Of a DNA stretch of 64,000 bases, positions 21,480 through 31,500 are shown in pieces; within the stretch, counting starts at the first letter, position 1; each line of letters opens with the position of its first letter. Location: NCBI RefSeq assembly GCF_020073745.1, contig NZ_JAIRAU010000002.1:273694-337693 (forward strand), written 5' to 3'. The DNA is from Nannocystis pusilla. GTDB lineage: Bacteria > Myxococcota_A > Polyangia > Nannocystales > Nannocystaceae. The notes below the pieces were generated by a model, which did no database searches, was not told the origin of the DNA, and saw only the letters and a program-made list of their open reading frames with translations. The position numbers and the translations under genes are program-made.

Positions 21480-22133
21480 ATGTCCCGATTTCTCTCGGTG
21501 CTCGGCCTCTCGTCGCTTCTCGTGTCGCCCCTCGCCCTCGGGGGATGCCCCGACTCGGAGGCGAAGTTCAACGAATTCCTCGACAACACCAAGGACGACC
21601 GCGACTTCATGCCGCCGCCGCCTCCGGACGTGATGCCGGCGCAGGCCGACATCAGCGGCGACTTCTTGCTGGCAGTGTCGACGGTCATCGCCCCGGACCT
21701 GCCGATGCAGTTCATCGCCACCAATACGATGACGGTCGACGAGAACGGCGACACGCTGCTCGACACCTGCCTGCAGCCGCTCAGCCTCACGCAGGGCAAG
21801 GTCAACGTGCCGCGCGAGCCGATCGGCGATCCGCTGTGCTACGAGGCGGTCCCGATCGCCGACGGCAAGTTCGACGTCGACGCCGGGGAGGTGAACGTCA
21901 CCGGCGCGGCCAATCCGGTCACCGGCGGCGAGATCGTGGCGACCCTCAAGCTGATCGGCTCGATCATCGACGAGAACTTCTACTGCGGCGACATCGAGGG
22001 CGATGTCTCGAGCCCGCTCGTCGCCAACCTGAAGGGCTCGACGTTCGCGGCCGTCCGCCTCGAAGATCCCGCCGTGCTGCCGCTCGACGTGACGAAGAAC
22101 TGCAGCGGCGACACCATCCGCGACATGGATTGA
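21480..22133 (+). CDS. Lipoprotein, hypothetical (divergent from the fadL-like gene)
   Basis: Start MSRFLSVLGLSSLLVSPLALGGC has a lipobox; 217 aa. Confidence 0.6.
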   Translation: MSRFLSVLGLSSLLVSPLALGGCPDSEAKFNEFLDNTKDDRDFMPPPPPDVMPAQADISGDFLLAVSTVIAPDLPMQFIATNTMTVDENGDTLLDTCLQPLSLTQGKVNVPREPIGDPLCYEAVPIADGKFDVDAGEVNVTGAANPVTGGEIVATLKLIGSIIDENFYCGDIEGDVSSPLVANLKGSTFAAVRLEDPAVLPLDVTKNCSGDTIRDMD

Positions 22134-22221
22134 GCGCGAAGCCGCGCAGAATCACGCTAGATCACGCAGGAGGGGGCTGGTTTTTCGCTGGCCCGCGCCC
22201 GATCATCGCGGCCCGCGAACG

Positions 22222-23541
22222 ATGACAACGACGGTCTCGCCCCCCACGCCCGCCGGGCAGTGGTCCAAGGTCCGCAACGAGCTGCAGCAGCTGTGGCACA
22301 CCGAGCTGCGCGACTCCAACATCCGCACGGCGTACGTGGTGTGCGGGATGACCGGGACGGCGTACGGGATGGTGACGGCGGTCGTCGCGGTCTACCTGAA
22401 CAAGGTCCGCGGCATCGACGAGCTGACCATCGGCGAGCTGGCGATCTTCTTCTCGTTCGGCATCGCGGCGTTCAGCGTGCCGATGGGCATGCTGATCAAG
22501 AAGCTGTCGCCGCGGACGATGCTGTCGGTGGCGCTGCTCGTGTACGCGGCGGCGACGGCGATCTTCCCGTTCTTGCTCAGCTTCGGCGGCCTGGCGGCGG
22601 CGCGCGGCATCGACGGGGCGTTCTCGGTCGGCGTGTGGGTCAGCCTCGAGACGGTGCTGCTGATGCGGACGTCGACGGCGCACCGCGGGCTCATCACCAG
22701 CCTCTACACGATCTCGATGGCGACCGGCTACGGCATCGGCGCGGTGTTCGGCTGGGCGGTGATGCTGCTGTATCCGATGCAGATGGTGTTCGTGGCCGCG
22801 GGCCTGTTCGCCTCGTTGGCGGCGCTCATCGCCTACGTGTTCCTCGACCGCGAGATCCACCCGATCGCCGGCAGCGACCACGTCCACGAGGACGCGAGCC
22901 CGAAGCCGACGAACGCGGTCGAGGCCGGGCGGCCGCCGATCCTGTCGCTGTACTGGAAGATCAAGACGGCCTGCATCCCGACGTTCTGCTACGGCTACTT
23001 CCAGGCGTCCCTGGTGCTGTTCCTGCCGCTGTTCCTCATCGAGTCGCGCGCGGTGCCGAAGGAGGACACGAGCCTGCTGGTGGCGAGCTTCTCGATCGGG
23101 ATGGCGGCCAGCGTTGTGTTCGTCGGGCGGCTCGGCGATCGCTTCGGCCACCTGAAGACGGTGCGCACGCTGGTGGCGCTCGGGGTGGTGCTGACGGCGT
23201 CGCTGGTCTACCTGCCGACGTACGCGATGGTGGCGGTGGCGGTGCTGTTCGCGGGCGCCTCACTGGCGCCGATCTGGCCGATGAGCCTGGCGCTGCAGAG
23301 CCTCATCGTCGATCCCCGCGACTACAGCCGCAGCAACGCGCTGCTCAACGGGTCGTACGGGCTCGGCACGCTCGCGGGTCCGCTGGTGTCGGGCTACCTG
23401 TTCAAACACCACGGCGGCGAGACGATGTTCCTGCACATCGCGGTGCTGTGGGCGCTGGCGCTCCTGGCGACGCTGGCGTTCCGCCGCGACGATCCGAGCT
23501 TCCGCGCGCTCGCCCACGCGCGCGCCCGCGCGGCCGTGTGA
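22222..23541 (+). CDS. MFS transporter
   Basis: 12 predicted TM segments. MFS-like motifs (GMLIKKLSPR, loop RRDDPSFR). Confidence 0.85.
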   Translation: MTTTVSPPTPAGQWSKVRNELQQLWHTELRDSNIRTAYVVCGMTGTAYGMVTAVVAVYLNKVRGIDELTIGELAIFFSFGIAAFSVPMGMLIKKLSPRTMLSVALLVYAAATAIFPFLLSFGGLAAARGIDGAFSVGVWVSLETVLLMRTSTAHRGLITSLYTISMATGYGIGAVFGWAVMLLYPMQMVFVAAGLFASLAALIAYVFLDREIHPIAGSDHVHEDASPKPTNAVEAGRPPILSLYWKIKTACIPTFCYGYFQASLVLFLPLFLIESRAVPKEDTSLLVASFSIGMAASVVFVGRLGDRFGHLKTVRTLVALGVVLTASLVYLPTYAMVAVAVLFAGASLAPIWPMSLALQSLIVDPRDYSRSNALLNGSYGLGTLAGPLVSGYLFKHHGGETMFLHIAVLWALALLATLAFRRDDPSFRALAHARARAAV

Positions 23542-23588
23542 GGCGCGGCGGGGGCCTCGGCGCCGGGGCCCGGCGGCCCGCCGTTGTT

Positions 23589-24647
23589 ATGCTCGCGGGC
23601 ATGGGCCTGCTCCACCGCCTCTATGCCCGCGCCGCGCCCGAGGTCTGGGAGACCGAGACGCGCCTGCTGCACGCGCTCCGCCTGGTCCGCCGGCCGGTCG
23701 CGGTGCAGTGGATCGCCACCAACATGTGCGACCTCCGCTGCCCGCACTGTTACTCCGGCGCGGGCAAGCGGGCGGTCGGCGAGCTGACGACGCAGGAGGT
23801 GCTGCGCCTGGTGGTCGACGAGATGGTGGCGCTCGGCAAGCCGACCTTCGTGATCGCCGGCGGCGAGCTGCTGCTGCGCCAGGACATCGCCGAGATCGTC
23901 GCGTACGCGCGGGCGCAGGGGCTCGAGTGGGCCATGCACACGCACGGCGGACATGTCCCGAAGTTCAGGGCGATGTTCGAGCGCCACCCGCCGACGCTGG
24001 CGGCGATCAGCCTCGACGGCGAGCAGCGGCAGCACGACCTGTTCCGCGGGCGCCGCGGCAGCCACGCGGCCGCGCTGGCGGCGATCCGCACGCTGAAGGA
24101 GTGCGGCTGCCCGGAGGTGGTGGCGGGGACGACGGTGACGCGCGACAACGCCGACCGCCTGGCCGACCTGTTCCCGATCGTGGCGGCGTCGGGGGCCGAC
24201 TCGTGGGGGCTGCACCTGTTCGCGCCGGAGGGCCGCGGGGCGGAGCACACGGCGCTGTGCCCGACGCCCGAGCAGCTGCAGCGCGTGGCCGCGTTCGCCC
24301 GTCGCAAGCGCGAGCTGTTCCACGTCGAGCTGTGCAACGAGTGGGGCAGCGCGGGCGCCGACGATCGCTTCTACCGCGACCAGCCGTTCCTGTGCGGGGC
24401 GGGCCGGATCTCGTGCGTGATCGGGGCGACCGGGGAGGTGCTGCCGTGCACGACCACCGACCTGCGCGAGTCGGAGGGCAACCTGCGCGAGCGACCGCTG
24501 CGCGACATCTGGACCCGCGGGTTCACGCGCTTCCGCACCGCGGGGCCGCGCGAGTGCTCCGACGGGCGCGAGTGCTGGCTGCAGGCCCGCAACGGCAACC
24601 CGTGCCGCGAGCAGGCGTTCGGCGCCTGTCGCAAGGAGGCCGTGTGA
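23589..24647 (+). CDS. Radical SAM enzyme with C-terminal SPASM domain (likely peptide/protein-modifying maturase)
   Basis: CxxxCxxC cluster NMCDLRCPHCY. SPASM cysteines CGAGRISCVIGATGEVLPC ... CSDGRECWLQARNGNPCREQAFGAC. Confidence 0.85.
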   Translation: MLAGMGLLHRLYARAAPEVWETETRLLHALRLVRRPVAVQWIATNMCDLRCPHCYSGAGKRAVGELTTQEVLRLVVDEMVALGKPTFVIAGGELLLRQDIAEIVAYARAQGLEWAMHTHGGHVPKFRAMFERHPPTLAAISLDGEQRQHDLFRGRRGSHAAALAAIRTLKECGCPEVVAGTTVTRDNADRLADLFPIVAASGADSWGLHLFAPEGRGAEHTALCPTPEQLQRVAAFARRKRELFHVELCNEWGSAGADDRFYRDQPFLCGAGRISCVIGATGEVLPCTTTDLRESEGNLRERPLRDIWTRGFTRFRTAGPRECSDGRECWLQARNGNPCREQAFGACRKEAV

Positions 24648-25990
24648 AGCGCTGGTGGGTCGACCTGTGGGCGTTCGCGGCCGCGCTGGCGCTGGCGGCG
24701 GCGGTGCTCCTGCGCTGGCGCGGCGGCCAGGTGGCGCTGCTGTCGAGCACGGCGGCGCCGGCGATCCGCCTGCTGGCGCTGCTGGTCGTGTTCGTGCAGG
24801 GCTGCGCCGACCGGCTGCGCGGGCGCGAGGAGCCGGCCGGGCAGGGGGCGGCGCCGCGGCCGGCCGGGCAGGACGAAGGACAGGAGATGGCGGAGACGAC
24901 AGGTCTTTCGCAACATGGCGAGAAGGACCTGTCGGATGCGACAGGTCCTTCAGAACAGGGTGACGAGGACAGTGCCATGGGGACAGGTTCGCCGCCGGCC
25001 CCGGCGCTCGGGCCCGACGTGTTCCCGCTGGCCGACGAGGCGGCGCTGAACCGCTGGGCGCGCCTGGTCACCGACGACGCGTCCCTCCCGGCCCGGGCCA
25101 AGCAGCTCGCGCTGGCGCTGCTGCTGGTGCCCGAGGGGGCGCCGGCGCAGGACCCGGGGTGGTCGCAGGTCACGGCATCGCTCGACGCGCTGACCGAGGC
25201 GCAGGTGTTCCGGGCGCGCTGGCAGGCCCACGTCGAGGCGCGCCGGACGGGCGGCAAGGAGACGATCGCCGACGCGCTGGCGCTGCTCGCGGCCATGGAG
25301 GCGCTGCCGCTCTACCACGCGGGGCTGGCCGGGTACCTGTGGCGCCGGGCAGCGCCGCTGCCGGCGAGCGCGACGGAGCGGGCGGAGCTGCTGGGTCGGC
25401 TCGAGCGCCACCTGCGGGCCTGCGAGGCGCTGCGCCGGGCGCAGTTCGAGACGGGGCCGATCGAGTTCACGGCGTGGCGCAGCAAGGCGGCCCCGCCGGC
25501 CGGCTACTCGGGGCTGCGGGTGCCGCCGGGGCTGCTCGCGGCCGCGCGGAGCCACTACCCGAACAGCGACGCGGGCACGTGGGCGACGCAGGCGACGCTC
25601 GATCTGGCGGTGGCGACGCCCGGCGTCCACCTGCTGCGCGCCGGCCAGGCGAAGCCGCTGCAGCCGGGCCAGCGGGTGACGCTGCGCCGGCTCGACGTGC
25701 TGTGGGCCGAGCGGCCGGCGACGCTGCGCCACGATGAACTCGGGGACATGTCCCTGGGGGCAGGCGCGGTGGTGACGGCGTGGGACGTGGGGGCGCGGTT
25801 CGCGGCCGCCGGACGGGAACTGGTCCGCGAGCGGGTGGCCGCGGCCCGCGGCGGCGACGCGACGGCGCTGAAAGGGCTGGAGGCGATCCTGCCGGCCGCG
25901 CACGCGGAGATCCGCCGGGCGGTGGCCGAACAGGCCCAGGCCGCCGGGTCGCCGGGGCTGCGCACGCTGCTCGAGCTGTTCGACATGTGA
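24644..25990 (+). CDS. Membrane-anchored hypothetical protein, translationally coupled to the radical SAM gene (GTG overlaps its TGA)
   Basis: N-terminal TM helix WWVDLWAFAAALALAAAVLL. Contains an internal cluster of GGACAGGT-type palindromes (24880-24990) in a low-complexity linker. The gene model may actually be two genes. Confidence 0.45.
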   Translation: MKRWWVDLWAFAAALALAAAVLLRWRGGQVALLSSTAAPAIRLLALLVVFVQGCADRLRGREEPAGQGAAPRPAGQDEGQEMAETTGLSQHGEKDLSDATGPSEQGDEDSAMGTGSPPAPALGPDVFPLADEAALNRWARLVTDDASLPARAKQLALALLLVPEGAPAQDPGWSQVTASLDALTEAQVFRARWQAHVEARRTGGKETIADALALLAAMEALPLYHAGLAGYLWRRAAPLPASATERAELLGRLERHLRACEALRRAQFETGPIEFTAWRSKAAPPAGYSGLRVPPGLLAAARSHYPNSDAGTWATQATLDLAVATPGVHLLRAGQAKPLQPGQRVTLRRLDVLWAERPATLRHDELGDMSLGAGAVVTAWDVGARFAAAGRELVRERVAAARGGDATALKGLEAILPAAHAEIRRAVAEQAQAAGSPGLRTLLELFDM

Positions 25991-26050
25991 TTGAATGGAC
26001 ATGTCGTCGGCGACATGTTCTACCGGGCATGTCCTAAGCGACATGCCCGT
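25983..26050. repeat. Cluster of GGACATGTCC-family palindromes (REP-like) between convergent gene ends
   Basis: gacatgtgattgaatggacatgtcgtcggcgacatgttctaccgggcatgtcctaagcgacatgcccgtgagg. Confidence 0.7.
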
Positions 26051-26054
26051 GAGG

Positions 26055-27077
26055 TCAGCCAGGCTGCAGCGCGGTGTGGATCGCGTAGGCGAGGATCGCC
26101 AGCGGCAACAGGTAGATCGTGGCCCAGGCGGCGCCCCAGGCCAGCGAGCGGGCGAGCTCGCCCTTGCAGTCGTGGCGATCGCGGGCGACGCGGGCGAGGG
26201 CGCGGGTGACGAGCAGGTAGATCAGCAGGAACAGCAGCGGACCGGCGACCTCGACCAGCAGCCAGGCGGCGCCGAAGAACAGCAGGACGAGCGCGGCGAC
26301 GACGATCATGATCAGGCAGCCCTCGCCGTCGCCGCCCGGGAAGTCGGCGCCCGAGCAGCCGTCGCCGCAGCCGCGGCCCTTGCCCTCGCGCGGGCGGTTC
26401 CACGGGGCGAAGTAGAGCCAGTCGTCGACGAGGTGGAAGCCGCGGTGCAGCAACGCGGCGAAGGCGAGGGTGGACAGGGCCCACCAGGCGGCCAGGACGG
26501 CCTCGATCTCGAGCCAGCGGGGCAGGGCGAGCGCGTGCGGCAGCAACACGGCCGTCAGCGCGAAGGCCAGGCCGGCGACCACGGCGGCGGTGGTGCCCGA
26601 CAACTTGGGCGAGAGGGCGGAGACGACGCGACGACCGCGGCCGCGCAGCGGGTGCTCGGCGCCGTCCATCACGTGGTCGTCGTCGGCGGCGTCGTGTTCA
26701 CCCCGCGGCTGCACCGGCAGCGATGGTTCGAACGCGCTGTAGAGCAGGTAGGCGAACACGAGCAGGATGACGAGCGCGAACAGGCCGAGCGAGAGCTTGT
26801 AGTCCGGCCACAGCTGCCAGCGCAGCGCGACCAGGGGCGCGCTGCCTGCCGCGAGGGCGAGGAAGGCGAAGGCGAGGGCGAGGCGACGACCGCGGTGCGA
26901 GGTGGCGACGTAGGCACACGGGGCGCACGCGGGCCGATCGCAGGCGTCCAGGGCGGCGCCGCGACGGCCGACGCGGAAGCGCCAGCACTCGTCGCACATC
27001 GCGGCGCTGCACAGGCTGCAGCGAGCGACGGGGGAGCGATCGCGGTGGTGATGACAGGCCGAGGACGAGTCCGGCAC
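26055..27077 (-). CDS. Integral membrane protein with an N-terminal Cys-rich zinc-ribbon-like segment
   Basis: N-terminal motifs CSLCSAAMCDECW ... CDRPACAPC. At least 6 hydrophobic helices follow. Confidence 0.55.
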   Translation of the reverse strand: MPDSSSACHHHRDRSPVARCSLCSAAMCDECWRFRVGRRGAALDACDRPACAPCAYVATSHRGRRLALAFAFLALAAGSAPLVALRWQLWPDYKLSLGLFALVILLVFAYLLYSAFEPSLPVQPRGEHDAADDDHVMDGAEHPLRGRGRRVVSALSPKLSGTTAAVVAGLAFALTAVLLPHALALPRWLEIEAVLAAWWALSTLAFAALLHRGFHLVDDWLYFAPWNRPREGKGRGCGDGCSGADFPGGDGEGCLIMIVVAALVLLFFGAAWLLVEVAGPLLFLLIYLLVTRALARVARDRHDCKGELARSLAWGAAWATIYLLPLAILAYAIHTALQPG

Positions 27078-27152
27078 GACGCCCAGGATAACCGAGCGAG
27101 CGGGCCGGGTCGGGCGAACCGGTCGCGGGAACTACTGCGCGGTAGCGACGGA

Positions 27153-28349
27153 TCAGCCGGCGTCGACGACCACGCGGATCTCCGCCGCGGCCGCTTCGGC
27201 GCGCGCGCGGCACTCGGCGATGTCGTCGCCGTAGGCCAGCACCACGCCCATGCGCCGGTACTTGCGCGTGTCGGGCTTGCTGAACAGACGGACCTTGTTG
27301 CGCGGGTGGGACAGCGCCTTGACGACGCCGGTGAAGCGCGGGTTGGTGCCTGGCCGATCGGCCAGGATCACGGCGGAGGCCCCGGGCGCGCGGAGGATGA
27401 CCTGTCCGATCGGCAAGCCCAGGATCGCGCGGACGTGCAGCTCGAACTCGCTCTGATCCTGCGTGATCATGGTGACCATGCCGGTGTCGTGCGGGCGCGG
27501 GCTGACCTCGCTGAAGATGACGTCGTCGCCGACGATGAACAGCTCGACGCCGAACAGACCGGCGCCGCCGAGCGCCTCGGTCACGGCGGCGGCGATCTCC
27601 TGGGCGCGCGCGAGGGCCTTCGGCGCCATCGGGTGCGGCTGCCACGACTCCATGTAATCGCCGCGCTCCTGCCGGTGGCCGATCGGCGGGCAGAACAGGG
27701 TGCCCTCGCGGCGGGTGCGGATCGTCAGCAGCGTGATCTCGTAGTCGAACGGGACGAAGCCCTCGACGATGACGCGGGCCGAGCGGCCGCGGGCGCCCGA
27801 CAGCGCGTACTCCCACGCGGTCGCGACCTCGGCGGCGGTGCGGACGGTGCTCTGTCCCTTGCCGGAGCTCGACATGACGGGCTTGAGCACGCACGGCAGG
27901 CCGAGGCGCTGCACGGCGGCCTCGACCTCCTCGAGGGTGTCGGCGAAGGCGTAGGGGCTGGTCGGCAGTCCGAGCTGCTCGGCGGCGAGGCGGCGGATGC
28001 CCTCGCGATCCATGGTGAGTCGGGTGGCGCGGGCGGTGGGAATGACGGTCCAGCCCTCGCTCTCGAGCTCGACCAGCGCGTCGGTGGCGATGGCCTCGAT
28101 CTCGGGGACGATGTAGTGCGGCTGCTCGCGGGCGACGACGGCTCGCACGGCGTCGCGGTCCTGCATGTCGAACACGTGGCTGCGGTGGGCGACCTGCATC
28201 GCCGGGGCGTTGGCGTAGCGATCGCAGGCGACGACCTCGACGCCGAGGCGTATGGCCTCGATAGCGACCTCGCGGCCGAGTTCGCCGGATCCGAGCAGGA
28301 GCAGCCGCGTGGACGAGGGGGACAGTGGAGTGCCGAGCGTGAGATCCAT
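27153..28349 (-). CDS. purT: Formate-dependent phosphoribosylglycinamide formyltransferase
   Basis: [22 protein letters not shown] and an ATP-grasp core. Typical PurT length (~398 aa). Confidence 0.9.
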   Translation of the reverse strand: MDLTLGTPLSPSSTRLLLLGSGELGREVAIEAIRLGVEVVACDRYANAPAMQVAHRSHVFDMQDRDAVRAVVAREQPHYIVPEIEAIATDALVELESEGWTVIPTARATRLTMDREGIRRLAAEQLGLPTSPYAFADTLEEVEAAVQRLGLPCVLKPVMSSSGKGQSTVRTAAEVATAWEYALSGARGRSARVIVEGFVPFDYEITLLTIRTRREGTLFCPPIGHRQERGDYMESWQPHPMAPKALARAQEIAAAVTEALGGAGLFGVELFIVGDDVIFSEVSPRPHDTGMVTMITQDQSEFELHVRAILGLPIGQVILRAPGASAVILADRPGTNPRFTGVVKALSHPRNKVRLFSKPDTRKYRRMGVVLAYGDDIAECRARAEAAAAEIRVVVDAG

Positions 28350-28578
28350 GGCGAGCGCGCGCAGGATAGTGGCGCACTGTCGCGCGCGGCAAGGCGGGCG
28401 CCGCGGGCGCGAGGTCACACTCGTCGGCCGGGCCGCGTAGACGCGGGTGGGCGCGGGCGCGGGGCTCACGCCGGTCGGAGTGCGGTGTTCACGCCGGTCG
28501 GCGCGCGGTGGTTCGCGCCGAGCACGGTCGATGGTGAGGGCCCGTCGCTCGGCGGCGTGGCCCGAAGGCGGGGTGCGT

Positions 28579-31500
28579 TCAGGTCCCGACGGGTTCGTGT
28601 CGGGCGCTGCCGTTGTACATGGCGCTCCACTGCGCGGGGCGGCGGATGGCCTGCGAGGCGAGGAACTGATCGGCCTGGGCGATCAGCTGGGCGCCGCCGG
28701 GGCCCATCAACTCGCCGCGGCGACGGCGGGCGCAGGCGGCGTGGATCCGCATGTCGGCGGTGTCGAAGCTGGCGGCGGCCGCCTCGAGGCGGACGAGCGC
28801 CTGCGGGATGTCGTTGTTCTGCGCGGCGATGCCGGCGCGGATCAGCGCGGCCATGGCGACCGAGTCGTAGCGCAGCGCGCGGTCCTCCTCGAGCTGGGCG
28901 GCGTCGCGTTCGGCGGCGGCGAGCAGGACGCCGGCGTTGTGCGGCTGCTCGCGCGCGGCCGCGATGGCGGCGAGGGCCCGCGCGTGGAGGAAGACGATCC
29001 GCTGGCCCTGCCAGCCGAGGATGTACGAGTTCTCGACGGCGACCCAGTTCTCGGCCAGTCGCTGCCACGCGGCGCCGCCTTGCCCCTGGTACAGGTCGCA
29101 GAAGGTCTCGAGCACGAGCGCGAGCATGTGCTGGAAGTGGAAGCCGTCGCGGGTCCAGCGGCGCATGGTGTTGCGGACGCGGTCGCGGGCGCTGTGGATG
29201 TCGTCGGCGCTGAGCAGCCCGTAGGCGCTGTAGAGCGACGACCAGACCTCGCCGCACAGGTCGCCGGTCTCCTCGGCCTCGCGCAGCCAGGCGTGGGCGC
29301 GGCCGCCGAGCTCGGCGAGCTCGCCGAGCATGTACAGCGCGCGCATCGAGCTCATGCGCGAGACGTCGAGCTCCCAGCCGACGCCGACGCAGCGGTCGAG
29401 GAGGATCTGGGCGCCTTGCTCGTTGCGCTCGAGCGCGCGCCGCCAGCGGCCGAGCGAGACGTCGGAGAGGCCGTCGATGATCTCGCACAGGCCGAGCAGG
29501 CGCGGGTCCGACAGCTGCTCGGCCAGCCGGCGCGCCTCCTTCAACAGGGTGGTGCCGCGGCCGACGGCGTTGGCGGTGCCGCGGCTGACGACCATCGCGC
29601 CGACGCCGGCGAGGGCGCGGGCGATCCGCTGCGGTTCACCTGTCTGAAGGGCCAGGAGCAGCCCGCGCTGGAAGAAGCTGTAGCCGCGGATCGGATCGAC
29701 GAAGGCGAGGCCGACGGCGGCCGACAGGCACACGTCGAGGCGCAGCAGGTCGGCCGGCGGGACCTGGTCCTCGCGCACGCTGACGAAGTTGAGCCCGCGC
29801 AGGCTGAGCTGGGTCGAACGTGTAATGATGGACATGTTCGCCCGGCCAGGTGTGGCGGGGTAGCCGAGGTCGACCTCGACCAGCGCGGGCCGCAGCAGCC
29901 GGATGCCCTGGTCGATGTTGCCGCTGACGAGGAACTGCTCGCCGGCGCGGCGGCGCAGCTCGAGCGACTCGGCCGGGGCGGCGCCCTCGGCCGCGCTGGC
30001 GTAGACGGGGGCGGCGGCGGCGCTGCGCCCGGCCTGGGCGAGCGCGTCGGCGCGGCGGCGCAGCAGGGCCCGGCGCTCGTCGTCGGGCAGATCGGAGGCC
30101 CACGCGAGGGCGCGCTCGTAGAGCTGGGCGGCGCGGTGGAACGCGAGCGCGGCCGCGGCCCGCTCGGCGGCGGCGACGGCGGCGGCGAAGGCCTCCTGGA
30201 GGGCGCCGGCGGCGTGCAGGTGATGCGCGAGCAGCTCGGGGTCGTCGGCGGACTGGGCGAGCGCGTCGGCGAGGGTGCGGTGCAGCCGAGCCAGGTGATC
30301 GGCGCCGAGCTGGGCCAGCACGGTGTCGCGGATCCGGTCGTGATAGCACTCGACCGTGTCGCCGCCGCGGGTGGCCAGCGTGCGCAGCAGGTGCTGCGCC
30401 TGCAGCTCGCCGAGGATGGAGCGATCGGTGACGCCCGAGGCGGAGAAGGCGAGGTTGGCGGGGATCGGCCGCCCGGCGACGGCGACGATCTCGAGCAGGC
30501 GACGACCCGCGGCGCGCAGGCCGGCGAGGCGCGTGCGCACGACGGCGTCGAGCGAGACCTCGGGCGGGGCGGCGCCGCGGTGACCGGCGACGTGACGCGC
30601 GAGCTCCTCGACGAACAGCGGGTTGCCGCCCGACTCGGCGGCGATCCGGCGCGCGTCGGCGCGGGTGCCGTCGGTGTCGCGGCCGAGGCGGGCCAGCGCG
30701 AGCTCCTCGGCCTGCTCGGCCGACAGCGGCTCGACCAGCAGATCGCGGACCAGCGCCTTGAGCTCGGGCCGCGCGCCGAGGCGCCGGAGCTCGCGCAGCA
30801 TCGGCGCGTCGTCCTCGTCGATCCGGTACGAGCCGATGAACAACAGCGCCGGCGGATCGGGCGGCGACAACAGCTCGGCCAACAGGCGCGCGCTGTCCTC
30901 GTCGCCCCACTGCAAGTCGGCGATCCGCAGGACCAGGGGGCGGCGATCGGCGATCCGCGCCAGCAGCTCCTTGAGCCCGCGGAAGGCCCGCCGCCGGGCC
31001 TCCTGCGGGTCGGGGGCGGCGAAGTTGCGCTGCGGCAGATCGGCGACCACGGCGGCGCGCGCGAGCACGGGGAACAGCCGGGTGAGCTCGTGGATCTCGC
31101 GCGGCAGCAGGGCCGCGGCCTCCTCGGCGGGCAGGTGCCGCAGGTGCTGCGCGAGCGCGTCGAGGACGCTGTCGAAGGCCTTGTACGGCACGCTCTCGCG
31201 CTCGAAGCAGCGGCCCTGGAGGACGAAGGCGCGGTCGGTGCGGCGCAGCTCGGCGATGAAGCGATCGATGAGGGCGGTCTTGCCGATGCCGGAGCGGCCG
31301 CGGACGTACACGCACACCGGCGAGCCGGCGAGCGCGAGCTGGAACGCGTCGCGCATGGCCGACAGGAGATCGTCGCGGCCGACGAAGCGGGCGCCGCTCT
31401 CGGCCGGGCCGAGCGGGGCCTCGCCGAGCGCCTCACGGATGTCGGCCCCGCCGAGCCGCGTCGCCGGGTCGCGCCGCAACAGGCCCATGCAAAGGGTCGA

